Assembly: GCA_018399745.1 (NCBI GenBank) | Contig: JAGYNZ010000001.1 | Span: 37,948-101,947 of the forward strand | DNA length: 64,000 nucleotides | Source of the DNA: Deltaproteobacteria bacterium | GTDB lineage: Bacteria; Desulfobacterota; Dissulfuribacteria; Dissulfuribacterales; UBA3076 | Direction of reading: 5' to 3' | Shown: one piece after another, positions 1 to 10,032 of the stretch | How the letters are laid out: each line of letters starts with the position of its first letter | Position numbering within the stretch: the stretch's first letter is position 1 | Notes under the pieces: generated by a model | Databases searched by the model: none | What the model saw: the letters and a program-made list of their open reading frames with translations, nothing else | What the model was told of the DNA's origin: nothing | Position numbers and translations under genes: made by a program

Positions 1-62
1 GAATTTCACTATCAAAATATAAGATCAACCGACTTAAAAATCTAAACTATTTTTTGTGAAGC

Positions 63-2018
63 ATGCCCATGTTTTATATAAATATAGAGAAACAAAACGA
101 ACTTACACAAAAACAGGTATCTGAGTTAAAGGCCATGTGGAATAGATGTGCCACGCGCATTGTTCTTTCCACGACTCTTGCAAAAAGCGGTCATCCGGGC
201 GGCTCTCTTTCTTCCCTGCACACAATGCTTGTCCTTTACAGCATAATTAAACATCGTCCGACGGAACCCCGCTGGCCAGACCGTGATCGGGTAGTCGTAA
301 GCATTGGGCATATCTCTCCGTGCGTCTACAGTGTACTCACTGAATTCGGCTATTTTTCAGAGGAAGATTTCCTTGCCGAATTCCGTCGTGCCGGTTCACC
401 CTGTGCTGGCCACGTAGAACAAAGCATGCCGGGAATTGAGTGGAATACTGGAAATTTAGGACAGGGACTTTCAGTAGGTACAGGCATATGTCTTGCTCAA
501 AATCTTCTTGGTCGGCCAGGCAAAACGATCGTCCTTATGGGTGACGGAGAACAGCAGAAAGGGCAGATAGCTGAAGCAAGACGTTTTGCAACAAAGTTCG
601 GACAGGGAAATCTGATAGGTATAGTCGACAGAAATCATCTTCAGATTGGAGGCTCTACTGAATTGGTCATGCCTGTGCGGGTAAGGGATGAATATACTGC
701 TGCGGGTTGGAATGTGTTGTATGTACCGGACGGCCATGATTTTCAAGCCATATTCAAGGCACTGAAGAGGACATGGTCAAATAACGGCCTTGTACCTGAC
801 CGCCCCACTGTCCTGATCACGCGTACCGTTATGGGAAAAGGTATCTCCTTTATGGAAAACAAAGCAAAGTATCATGGATCTCCATTGCCAGAGGAGGATG
901 CCGGGACAGCTTTGAGAGAACTAGGTCAAGATCAGGGCCTGCTTGAGATGTGGTTAAAGAACAGGGCGGAACACAAAATAAAAGGAATTAACAAAAAAGC
1001 AGAAATCAATTATCCATTTATTGATCCCGGAAAACCCATTGTCTACGGTACCGGGGACAAAACAGATTGCCGTTCTGCATATGGCGAGGCATTAAAGGAT
1101 CTAGCACAGAGAAACAATGTTTCTGGTTCTACCCCAAAGATTGTAGGATTTAGCTGTGATCTGGAAGAATCAGTAAAGATGCAGGGATTTCACAGCGTCT
1201 CCCCCAGAGCCTTCATAGAGACAGGAATACAAGAGCATCATGCAGCTACCTGCGCTGGAGCAGTAAGCAGGGAGGGAATGGTTACCTTCTTAAGCACCTT
1301 TGGTGTCTTTGCTTCGGCGGAGACTTATAACCAGCACCGCTTAAATGACCTCAATGAAACCCATCTTAAAATTGTATCTACTCACTTGGGACTAGACGTT
1401 GGAGAAGATGGCCCAACCCATCAAAGTATAGACTATGTTGGACTCTTCAATAACCTATTTGGCTTCTCCATATTCATGCCGGCAGATCCAAATCAAACTG
1501 ACAGGATAGTACGTTATGTAGCTACTAATCCCGGCAATGCTTTCGTGGGTATGGGAAGGTCCAAAATGTCAGTTATTACCACAAAGGATGGAAAGCCCTT
1601 TTATGATGCGGACTATGTGTTTCAGCCTGGGCGGGCCGACTGTTTGAGAAAGGGAGATCAGGCCACTTTTCTTACCTATGGCTCAGCCACATCTCAGGTT
1701 CTCAAAGCATGTTCAGTTCTTGACTCAGAGGGTCTGTCAGTAGGGGTGCTCAATATGGCCTCCCTCAAGCCCATAGATAAAAAATCAATACTGGAGGCAG
1801 CCAAGAAAGGACCCTTGATGACGGTTGAAGACCATATAGCCCATACTGGTTTGGGCGCCATGGTGGCGCAGGAACTTTTAATGGCAGGCGCACATCAGCA
1901 GCTCCTCACTATAGGTGTGACACACTATAGTTCTTCAGGTAAACCAGATGATCTGTATCGCCTTCAGCACCTCGATGCCGAAAGTCTTGTCAAAAAGGTG
2001 AAAGAACTATTATGTTAG
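63..2018 (+). CDS. tkt: Transketolase
   Basis: 651 aa; GHPGGSLS and HVE motifs, TPP-binding GDGE...N motif, GIQEH and GEDGPTHQ C-terminal motifs. Confidence 0.92.
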   Translation: MPMFYINIEKQNELTQKQVSELKAMWNRCATRIVLSTTLAKSGHPGGSLSSLHTMLVLYSIIKHRPTEPRWPDRDRVVVSIGHISPCVYSVLTEFGYFSEEDFLAEFRRAGSPCAGHVEQSMPGIEWNTGNLGQGLSVGTGICLAQNLLGRPGKTIVLMGDGEQQKGQIAEARRFATKFGQGNLIGIVDRNHLQIGGSTELVMPVRVRDEYTAAGWNVLYVPDGHDFQAIFKALKRTWSNNGLVPDRPTVLITRTVMGKGISFMENKAKYHGSPLPEEDAGTALRELGQDQGLLEMWLKNRAEHKIKGINKKAEINYPFIDPGKPIVYGTGDKTDCRSAYGEALKDLAQRNNVSGSTPKIVGFSCDLEESVKMQGFHSVSPRAFIETGIQEHHAATCAGAVSREGMVTFLSTFGVFASAETYNQHRLNDLNETHLKIVSTHLGLDVGEDGPTHQSIDYVGLFNNLFGFSIFMPADPNQTDRIVRYVATNPGNAFVGMGRSKMSVITTKDGKPFYDADYVFQPGRADCLRKGDQATFLTYGSATSQVLKACSVLDSEGLSVGVLNMASLKPIDKKSILEAAKKGPLMTVEDHIAHTGLGAMVAQELLMAGAHQQLLTIGVTHYSSSGKPDDLYRLQHLDAESLVKKVKELLC

Positions 2019-2420
2019 CTGGCAGAGGATGGACTTCGCTGACAGGAGAAACAGAATTTACAGGAGTTTTAAATTCTTTTCCTTTTGGTTATCTTGTCAT
2101 CAGAGACAAGCTATAGATATCTATCTATAGATCTCAACCATATCTGTATCACCAAACCTGAATCAAGATTATTATTATCATAGCCTGTTAAGAGGGCTGC
2201 GACCAATCTCTTCCTCACTCACTCATCGGGAACTCTCAATCCCTCCGTAATCCAATTATTTACGAACACTGGCATAGCCGGTAGCTTGTATATAGAAAAG
2301 CCTTAACATCTTAAATAATCTGGTCGATAAAAGCTTTAGAGCTTTAAATCCAGGAGTCTTGGTTGAGAGTTTACGCATCTTTGATACAAAATTGCTTTTT
2401 ATCTTTTGTGGAGTTTAACC

Positions 2421-2822
2421 GTGGCTGATCTCATACTGACCAAATCGGTCCTGGATAAAACCAAAATAGAGATAGAAAATGCCCTCATCAGGGCGGGCGT
2501 CAACACTGTTCTTCTCATTGACGAAGCAGGCAATGTTGTGACTGCTTGCAAGCATAAAAATTGCGATCTTGATACCACTTCTCTCGCTGCACTGGCAGCA
2601 GCAAACTTTGGTGTCACTGCTCAAATTGCAAAGCTGATAGGAGAAGATGATTTTGCACTCCTGTTCCACAAAGGGAAAAAAGATAGCATACACTTTGCAC
2701 GAATAAGTAATGATTTAATTCTGGTAACAATATTTGGAGAAAATGTCTCTCTTGGCTTGGTAAGATTAAGGGTCGCACAATTGGCAAAAACCATAGAAAA
2801 GGCATTTGCCCAAATTAATTAA
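2421..2822 (+). CDS. mglB: Roadblock/LC7 protein, MglB-like GTPase-activating protein
   Basis: LAALAAANF, FHKGKKDSIH and LGLVRL motifs; directly upstream of mglA. Start moved to GTG at 2421, preceded by GGAG. Confidence 0.88.
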   Translation: MADLILTKSVLDKTKIEIENALIRAGVNTVLLIDEAGNVVTACKHKNCDLDTTSLAALAAANFGVTAQIAKLIGEDDFALLFHKGKKDSIHFARISNDLILVTIFGENVSLGLVRLRVAQLAKTIEKAFAQIN

Positions 2823-2824
2823 CT

Positions 2825-3442
2825 ATGGCGCTAATAAATCTGAGCAAAAAAGAAATACACTGCAAGATAGTATACTACGGTCCCGGGCGATGCGGTAAGA
2901 CCACAAATTTGCTCTATATATACAATGCAATGAATAATCAGGCCCGAAGCAAAATGCTGACTATTGAGACAAAAGGTGAAAGGACACTTTTTTTTGACCT
3001 TCTTCCCTTAAATCTGGGGAAAATAAATGGCTTTAATATAAGGATTCAGCTTTACACGGTACCAGGCCAAATCATTTATAAGGCTACCAGGAAACTGGTC
3101 CTTAAGGGGGTTGATGGTCTGGTTTTTGTTGCTGACAGTCTTAAAGTACGTCAGGCGAAAAATATGGAAAGTCTCCAAGATCTACACCACAATCTCCTTG
3201 ACTACAATCTAAACACAGAAGAAATCCCAATCATTTTGCAATTCAACAAACGTGATCTTGTAAATACAACCATACCGACGTTGACTAAAGAAGAACTTGA
3301 AATAGATCTGAACAGCGAACTTAATACAAAGGTTTTTGAAGCAGCGGCTATTAAAGGGATAGGGGTCTTTGAAACCCTGAAAGAAATAAGTAAAAGGACT
3401 ATCCAATATGTGGCAACAAAGCATCTTTCAATAAATCATTAA
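2825..3442 (+). CDS. mglA: MglA-family small GTPase
   Basis: KIVYYGPGRCGKTTN (P-loop), ERTLFFD, LYTVPGQ, NKRDL and EAAAIKG motifs. Confidence 0.93.
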   Translation: MALINLSKKEIHCKIVYYGPGRCGKTTNLLYIYNAMNNQARSKMLTIETKGERTLFFDLLPLNLGKINGFNIRIQLYTVPGQIIYKATRKLVLKGVDGLVFVADSLKVRQAKNMESLQDLHHNLLDYNLNTEEIPIILQFNKRDLVNTTIPTLTKEELEIDLNSELNTKVFEAAAIKGIGVFETLKEISKRTIQYVATKHLSINH

Positions 3443-3541
3443 AAATATATTCTCAGGTTGTAAACCTCTATACTCTTTGATCGGTGAGAATAATCAGTCG
3501 GGTTATTTATTAAAACATACAATACAGAAGGAGAACAAACC

Positions 3542-5194
3542 ATGGATCAGACAAAGAAAAATCCTGATCCCGAAGACTTCGCTAGAAACGTAGAAAGTAC
3601 TATTGACGAACTGTTTTGTGTATCACGACAGATAGAAATAGACCCTTTAACTAATGAAGTTAAGGATTTATCCCAAGATAAAACAGATAAGGAGCAGGGA
3701 TTTCAGGTTCTAGACCAAGGGAAAAAGCACTCTGAAGAAATCAAGCTTTCAGATACCATAGAGACGGAAGAACCTGCTAAACAGATAGAAAATTCCATTA
3801 ACGAAAAGATATTGGAATCAGGTTCAAATTTGGAGCTTGAAGAAAAAGATACTAAAGATGTAAATTTGGAACAACAGTTCAGCCAACTCAACCAACTGTT
3901 GTTGACCTTGGAGTGGGAGGTCGACCAGAAACAAGCGGTATCAGCTAAAAACCTGGTAGAGACAATACGGAAAAATCCAGAGATAGAGGCAGACCAAAAA
4001 CTTCAAGAACTGCTGAATCTTATGACAAAACTCCTTGAAGGGATAGCGGATCATCCTGAAAAAATGCCTACTTTCAGCCCCGAGGTCCTGAAAAGAGGTC
4101 TTGACACCTTTAAAAATCTTGTCTGGAATGAAGGACAGGACCCAAACACTAAAAATGAGGCCTTTAGATCCGTAAAAAAAGAACTTGAATCAGCTATAGA
4201 CATGGATGTATCTGAAATTGGCCACCAAGTATCCGGTAAGGCGGTTTCAGAACACCTGATTGAAGTGGACGATACACTTGATTCAGCTAAAGAACATGAG
4301 GCACAAAATAACGCCCAAAAAGAGAAATCCTCCAATCACCAGGGAGATATCAATAGTTCCATTTCAGAGATAAACATACAAGAAAAAGCGGCGGCCATTG
4401 AGCCGGAGTTCCCTGAACACTTGGTGCTTTTACGTGCAGTCAAATCCCATATCAAAATCCTTGATGACTGCATAAAATACATCCTACCAGTTGAAAAGCT
4501 CCTTGCCCAAACTCAGGGGATGGAAAAACTGCATCATTTTCAGCGAAATATTAAAAACAGGCTTGAAGAACAAAAAAAGATATTGGAAAATGCATTAACG
4601 GGCGATTATGAACCATCTTCTAATATGAGTAATTATGCTGCTCAACGGATTGAAGATATTACCGTAGAAATTGACAAAGCAAAAACGCCCCCGGTGATCA
4701 CTCCCTGCCCCTGGAATGAACTTTTGACTGGCCAATGGAATCAAAAACAAGTTGCATTTATACCTGAACATGTCGCATTTGCAGGGCCGCTCCCCTTTTG
4801 GACAAAAAAAGGACTTAAAAATTCAAAGACATTTAAATTAAAAAAACTCGGGACCTGGCCATGGACAAAAATCCAGCCATTGATGCATGGGAAATTGTCA
4901 AATCAGAAAGAATCAGAGCTTATAAAGCTCGAATTTCCCATACTACAAAAATCGATTTCAACTTCCAACCACTCTCAGTCCTCAGACCCGACCGTATTAA
5001 TCCTATCCAACGAGAATAAAGGACTTGTTCTCATGCTGGACTCTCCGTTAAAAACCATTTCTATAACTCCTGAGTATTCCTGGAAACCATCCACAAAGAA
5101 AGAAGGACAATGGGTTGGCAATCTGATTATAGACAACAAACAAATATACGTGGCAACGATGGAAAGCCTTTTAAATACACTGCCTAATGAATAA
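3542..5194 (+). CDS. Hypothetical protein: acidic/helical N-terminal part, possible degenerate CheW-like C-terminal domain
   Basis: 550-aa ORF with AAGGAG RBS; overlaps the next gene by 8 nt. The CheW resemblance (beta-rich end, GLVLMLDSP...GNLIIDNKQIYVATMESLL) is by eye only. Confidence 0.8.
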   Translation: MDQTKKNPDPEDFARNVESTIDELFCVSRQIEIDPLTNEVKDLSQDKTDKEQGFQVLDQGKKHSEEIKLSDTIETEEPAKQIENSINEKILESGSNLELEEKDTKDVNLEQQFSQLNQLLLTLEWEVDQKQAVSAKNLVETIRKNPEIEADQKLQELLNLMTKLLEGIADHPEKMPTFSPEVLKRGLDTFKNLVWNEGQDPNTKNEAFRSVKKELESAIDMDVSEIGHQVSGKAVSEHLIEVDDTLDSAKEHEAQNNAQKEKSSNHQGDINSSISEINIQEKAAAIEPEFPEHLVLLRAVKSHIKILDDCIKYILPVEKLLAQTQGMEKLHHFQRNIKNRLEEQKKILENALTGDYEPSSNMSNYAAQRIEDITVEIDKAKTPPVITPCPWNELLTGQWNQKQVAFIPEHVAFAGPLPFWTKKGLKNSKTFKLKKLGTWPWTKIQPLMHGKLSNQKESELIKLEFPILQKSISTSNHSQSSDPTVLILSNENKGLVLMLDSPLKTISITPEYSWKPSTKKEGQWVGNLIIDNKQIYVATMESLLNTLPNE

Positions 5195-7544
5195 TACTTC
5201 AACTGCAAACAATTTAAAATCCATGCTGGCGGAAGCCGATCTTTATTATAGTCAAGGTCTTAATGAAGAGGCCCGCATTATCTGTCTAAAACTTCTGCAA
5301 ATGACCGATGATAAATCTAATCCTGTCCGTAGTGAAATAGAATCCCGCCTGAAAAAACTTCAGTTCGAGGGTATGGGGACGGTACAATCAGGAGAGATAA
5401 ATTTCACCGCCAGCCTTGAAGATCTTAAACCTGAAGACCTCAAAGAATATCAGGACAATAAGTTCAGTAGTTGTATAGGTCTCATAGATACCGGCTTTTA
5501 TTTGGAGGCCATAGAAGAATTAAAAACCTTACTTCAAGCAGAATACAGACCAGGGGTAACTCGAGCAAAAATCGGAGAATCATATCTACAGGTAGATATG
5601 CCCTTTGAGGCACTTGAATATTTAGAAAAAGCGCTTGAGGATACGGAACTGTCCAAAGAAGAAAGGCTGGATGTACTATATCAGCTAGCACTCACCCATG
5701 AGCGAACCGGTGCGATGCCTAAGGCTATTGAGGCTCTTGAGCAAATCATCCGCCTTGATCCTGCATTTAGAAATGCCAAACAGAGGCTTGAGGGCCTTTC
5801 CCAAACTGCTCAGGAGTATGGCCGTTTCTATTATCTGATTCGCAATCAGTCCATCTCCAAGGAACAGCTTAGCAGGACCAAAGAACTGGCCAAACAAGGG
5901 AAAAAATCCATAGAAAGTATTCTGCTAAACCAGTTTGGCGTAGACAAAATGGAACTCGGCCGCTCACTTAGCGAATATTACCGATGCCCCTTTGTGGAAT
6001 TTGACGAACTGGAAGTAGGAAGCACGCCTTCTTGCGTACGCGGTATCAAAGAACACTTTTTCAGGACCAATTCCTGTGCACCTATTCGCGAAAAAGCAGG
6101 GACCCTTATAGTTGCATTAGATAACCCCCATGATCTGGCAAAGACAGACAATATTAGAAGGGTCCTTAAGGCCAAAAATTTCCAGTTTGCGGTAGCACTG
6201 AAGGAAGATATCAACAGATTCATAGACTATTTCTATGGAAAATATTCTGCAGAAGGATCTGATGATGATGTATTTGAGCAACTGGAACTGGTTGAAGAGG
6301 ATACGGAATTCGAGGAAGAAGATGATAGCTTAGCATCGGAAGCGGATAGTGTAGTAGTCCAGATAGCCAATAAAACTATAGAAGATGCCTTTCAGCGCAG
6401 GGCCTCCGATATACACATTGAAAGCCTGACAGGCAAAAGGGGTGCCCTGGTCCGTTTCAGGATTGATGGCGATTGCATGCGCTATCAGACTATCCCGTAT
6501 AACTATAAGCGAGGCCTATTGTCCAGAATCAAGATCATGTCTAACCTTGACATCGCCGAAAAACGACTGCCCCAGGACGGAAAAATAAAATTCAAGACTC
6601 GATCTGGCAAGCCCCTGGAACTGCGCGTAGCCACACTTCCTACGACGGAAGGCAATGAAGATGTCGTACTGAGGTTACTGACCTCTTCTGATGCTATGCC
6701 AATTGATCGCATAGGGCTCCTTGATCAAAACCTTAGTCAACTAAAGCAGCTTCTGCAATTGCCGTATGGGCTTATATTGGCAGTCGGTCCTACCGGATCA
6801 GGAAAAACAACGAGCCTGCATTCTGCGCTTGGCTATATAAATCGACCTGAGAAAAAAATCTGGACAGCCGAAGATCCTGTAGAAATCATGCAGGAGGGAT
6901 TGCGCCAGGTACAGGTAAAACCCCACATTGGCCTTACCTTTGCTCGGGTTCTCAGGGCCTTTTTAAGGGCTGATCCGGATGTAATAATGGTAGGCGAAAC
7001 GCGAGATGAAGAGACTGCTATAACAGCAATAGAGGCATCCCTTACCGGGCATTTAGTCTTTTCAACCCTTCATACCAATTCCGCCCCTGAGACAGTTACA
7101 AGGCTTTTAGGGATGGGAATGGACCCATTCAACTTTGCTGACGCCCTTTTAGGCGTCTTGGCACAAAGGCTTGTGAAAAGACTTTGCCCCAAGTGTCGTG
7201 AGGCATATCAGCCTGATGACAACGAAAAAAAACATATTTTACACGAATACGGATTTCATCCAACTCATCCTCTAGAACTGTCAAAGCTCAATGAAACAAC
7301 ACTTTATAGGCCCAAGGGCTGCCAATATTGCAACAGGACCGGTTTCAGAGGCAGGCTTGCGATCCACGAACTACTCATATCCGATGACGGTCTTAAAAAA
7401 CTTATACAAGAGAAAAGGCCAGTGGGAGAGATACGGGAGTATGTAATGAACCAGGGAATGTTTACCCTGAAACAAGACGGTATACAAAAGGTATTAAACG
7501 GAGAAACAGATCTCAAGCAGATTAAAGCAGCCTGCATAAGGTAA
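5187..7544 (+). CDS. PilB/GspE-family secretion/pilus ATPase with N-terminal TPR repeats
   Basis: Walker A GPTGSGKTT, Asp box TAEDPVE, Walker B DPDVIMVGETRD, His box STLHTNSAP, CPKC...CQYC Zn site; TPR-like helices at about aa 85-205. Confidence 0.92.
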   Translation: MNNTSTANNLKSMLAEADLYYSQGLNEEARIICLKLLQMTDDKSNPVRSEIESRLKKLQFEGMGTVQSGEINFTASLEDLKPEDLKEYQDNKFSSCIGLIDTGFYLEAIEELKTLLQAEYRPGVTRAKIGESYLQVDMPFEALEYLEKALEDTELSKEERLDVLYQLALTHERTGAMPKAIEALEQIIRLDPAFRNAKQRLEGLSQTAQEYGRFYYLIRNQSISKEQLSRTKELAKQGKKSIESILLNQFGVDKMELGRSLSEYYRCPFVEFDELEVGSTPSCVRGIKEHFFRTNSCAPIREKAGTLIVALDNPHDLAKTDNIRRVLKAKNFQFAVALKEDINRFIDYFYGKYSAEGSDDDVFEQLELVEEDTEFEEEDDSLASEADSVVVQIANKTIEDAFQRRASDIHIESLTGKRGALVRFRIDGDCMRYQTIPYNYKRGLLSRIKIMSNLDIAEKRLPQDGKIKFKTRSGKPLELRVATLPTTEGNEDVVLRLLTSSDAMPIDRIGLLDQNLSQLKQLLQLPYGLILAVGPTGSGKTTSLHSALGYINRPEKKIWTAEDPVEIMQEGLRQVQVKPHIGLTFARVLRAFLRADPDVIMVGETRDEETAITAIEASLTGHLVFSTLHTNSAPETVTRLLGMGMDPFNFADALLGVLAQRLVKRLCPKCREAYQPDDNEKKHILHEYGFHPTHPLELSKLNETTLYRPKGCQYCNRTGFRGRLAIHELLISDDGLKKLIQEKRPVGEIREYVMNQGMFTLKQDGIQKVLNGETDLKQIKAACIR

Positions 7545-7600
7545 AGTAAATACCCACAGTTTTATAGTTTACCAAAAATTACCCATACAAAAATTGAAAA

Positions 7601-8158
7601 TCATGTTAAAGGACATTTGGCCAGAGGACTGTATATAGGTCCCTGTGGAGTCAGCCGGCTTTTGTATACTGTTACTTCTTTTACTGTGAAAGGCTCAAAT
7701 AGGATCTCATCTTTTAGAAATACTTCAAGAAGTCTTAAAAGTCTGTGTGAAGAGCGAACCCGGCCTACAGTCACATGAGACCTGAACGTACGTTCTTCCC
7801 GTGGAAAGCCCTTTTCCTCCAAAGCTGTTTCAATACTGTTTTGCAGCCTGCGCATAAGGTCTGTTTTGCTTCCGATTCCTATCCATAGTACTCGAGGTCG
7901 TCTGAGATTTGGAAAGACGCCTGTACTGTTTAAAAACAAAGGAAAGCCCCTATAAAGGCAACAGACCTCTTTGCAGGCAGCTATGACATTTTCAGTGCTT
8001 GATTCCTGTATTTCACCCAAAAATTTGAGTGTAAGATGCATATTGGATGGATAGATCCACCTCACATCCGCCTTTGTAGACTTCCACCGGCCCTGATGTG
8101 CTTCAAGTATCTTGCGCTGTGTACTAGGCAGGTCTATTGCAATGAAAGTACGTACCAT
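7601..8158 (-). CDS. thpR: RNA 2',3'-cyclic phosphodiesterase (2'-5' RNA ligase family)
   Basis: MVRTFIAID start; two HxT motifs (HLTL, HVTV). Confidence 0.92.
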   Translation of the reverse strand: MVRTFIAIDLPSTQRKILEAHQGRWKSTKADVRWIYPSNMHLTLKFLGEIQESSTENVIAACKEVCCLYRGFPLFLNSTGVFPNLRRPRVLWIGIGSKTDLMRRLQNSIETALEEKGFPREERTFRSHVTVGRVRSSHRLLRLLEVFLKDEILFEPFTVKEVTVYKSRLTPQGPIYSPLAKCPLT

Positions 8159-9386
8159 AACTTAAATGCAGCCTCAGCTCATCAAGAGCGGTTTCCGCTG
8201 CCAAAATTTGTATCATGTGTCTTGTTCCAGTAAATTGGAATCGTTCGGCTACCGTTCGTTTAGGAGTTGATAAAGCAATATAAACTGTGCCCACAGGTTT
8301 TTGCGTAGTACCTCCGGATGGACCGGCAACGCCGGTAATAGCAAGGCTATAGCCAGTACCGGCCAAGCCTTTTACACCATCTGCCATTTCCATGGCAGCC
8401 CGGGAACTCACCGCGCCATAGAGAGATAATGTCTTGGACGAGACCCCGAGAAAATCTTCCTTCGATTTGTTGCTATAGGTGATTACTCCCCCCTCAAACC
8501 ACCCGGAACTTCCAGGAATGCTGGTCACACGTTGGCTTACCAGACCTCCTGTACAGGACTCCGAAAGGGAAAGAACACCTCCTTTTTCTAACAGAAGTCT
8601 GCCTACTACCTCCTCAAGAGTTTCCTGATTGACAGCAACTACATGTCTGCCCAGCAGTTGTTCTATGGTGTTACAGGCCATATGAAAAATTTCGGCAACT
8701 TTCCCTGAATCCCGGCCCTTTACAGTGGCAGTTACATTAACTTCTGGAAAATTAGGGTAATAACCAATGCTCAAGCCATCCTGGCTGGATTCAAGCTTTT
8801 CAAAAAGGCTGTTTATCTCTGTTTCTGATAGACCAAATACCTTGAAGGTCTGCTGCCTAATATATATTTTTTCGGAAACAAATCTGTTAAGCATGGGGAT
8901 AACCCTGTTTATTAGATGATCTTCCAACTCCTTGGGTACCCCAGGCAGAAAAAAAAGAGGAATGTCTTGGTGGATTAAAAGATATCCTGCAGCACGACCC
9001 TCAGGATTCAAAACTTCAGCACCTTCAGGTAACCATGCCAACTTTTCCCGCAAAAAAACAGAATTAGCAGACCTCTGTTTCGCCCGCCTGATCTTCTCTA
9101 AAATCATCTCATTCAAGACCTGAGGACGTCCCAATGCCTTAGATGTAACCTCGTTTGTTATATCATCGGTAGTAGGACCGAGTCCGCCGGTAATTATAAC
9201 GTATCTTGATCTCTTTATTGCTGCCAGCAGGCATTCTTCAATATCATCAGGGTTATCACCAATGGATGTTATACGGGTTACTTGACAGCCAGCAGTAAAA
9301 AGCTTATTAGCCGCAAAGCTGGCAGTGGTATTTAATACCTTGCCAGATACAAGTTCATCTCCTATAGCAATAATCTCACCATGCAT
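8124..9386 (-). CDS. cinA: CinA protein (molybdopterin-binding/MCF domain plus PncC NMN deamidase domain)
   Basis: AIGDELVSG, TGGLGPTTDDIT, LPGVP, SESCTGG and TGVAGPSGG motifs. Confidence 0.92.
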   Translation of the reverse strand: MHGEIIAIGDELVSGKVLNTTASFAANKLFTAGCQVTRITSIGDNPDDIEECLLAAIKRSRYVIITGGLGPTTDDITNEVTSKALGRPQVLNEMILEKIRRAKQRSANSVFLREKLAWLPEGAEVLNPEGRAAGYLLIHQDIPLFFLPGVPKELEDHLINRVIPMLNRFVSEKIYIRQQTFKVFGLSETEINSLFEKLESSQDGLSIGYYPNFPEVNVTATVKGRDSGKVAEIFHMACNTIEQLLGRHVVAVNQETLEEVVGRLLLEKGGVLSLSESCTGGLVSQRVTSIPGSSGWFEGGVITYSNKSKEDFLGVSSKTLSLYGAVSSRAAMEMADGVKGLAGTGYSLAITGVAGPSGGTTQKPVGTVYIALSTPKRTVAERFQFTGTRHMIQILAAETALDELRLHLSYGTYFHCNRPA

Positions 9387-9543
9387 GATTGATTACCCTT
9401 GAGAACCTAAAAATTTGGCATCTTTATATAAAACAAAAAAATATAAATGTTTACTTAAGTGCCTAAAGTTAAGGGAAAAAACATTCATATTATTAACAGT
9501 CCAAGATTGTAGCATTTCCTGTCTTTAGCTCATTTGAGGCATT

Positions 9544-10023
9544 TTAGAAGCTTAAATTCCACAGTCTCCATACCAAATTTGCCATAATACCGGCTGCAAC
9601 ATCATCGAGAACAATACCCCATCCCCCGTGGATAGATCTATCTATATACCTGATTGGAAAAGGCTTCCATATGTCAAAAAAACGAAAAGCCAAAAAAGCA
9701 ATTATAACCAAAGAAGGTTCAAGAGGAGCGCCTGCAAGAGCTATCGCCATGCCGACTATTTCATCTAACACTATTTGAGATGGATCTCTGTTTTCCAGTA
9801 AAAGCTCTGCCCTGCCGGAAATCCATACAGATATCAAGACAACAAATCCAAGAGAACATATTTCCAGAAAAATTGGAAGATTGCTGAGAAGCCAGTGAAG
9901 AAGGATACCAAGGAGACTTCCGAAAGTGCCAGGGGCAAGGGGAATCAACCCCAGAAATAGTCCACTTGCCAAAAATAGAACTGATCTATCTTTGAAATTC
10001 AAGGTCTTTGTCGCCACTCGCAA
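9544..10023 (-). CDS. pgpA: Phosphatidylglycerophosphatase A
   Basis: APGTFGS, DPSQIVLDEIVG, FRFFDIWKP and DDVAAG motifs. Confidence 0.93.
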   Translation of the reverse strand: MRVATKTLNFKDRSVLFLASGLFLGLIPLAPGTFGSLLGILLHWLLSNLPIFLEICSLGFVVLISVWISGRAELLLENRDPSQIVLDEIVGMAIALAGAPLEPSLVIIAFLAFRFFDIWKPFPIRYIDRSIHGGWGIVLDDVAAGIMANLVWRLWNLSF

Positions 10024-10032
10024 AAGCTAAAA

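Noticed and set aside
2270-2286. TGGCAT...GC upstream of mglB as a sigma54 promoter
   Set aside because: Spacing is GG-N11-GC, not the required N10.
2019-2420. Intergenic gap with CTATAGAT-atct-ATCTATAG palindrome and short ORFs
   Set aside because: Short AT-rich single-copy palindrome with no recognisable regulator site or protein family.
9453-9546. AAGTGCCTAAAGT and CTTTAGCTCATTTGAGGCATTTTAG, resembling small intergenic repeats of related genomes
   Set aside because: One degenerate occurrence; a repeat family cannot be supported from this window.
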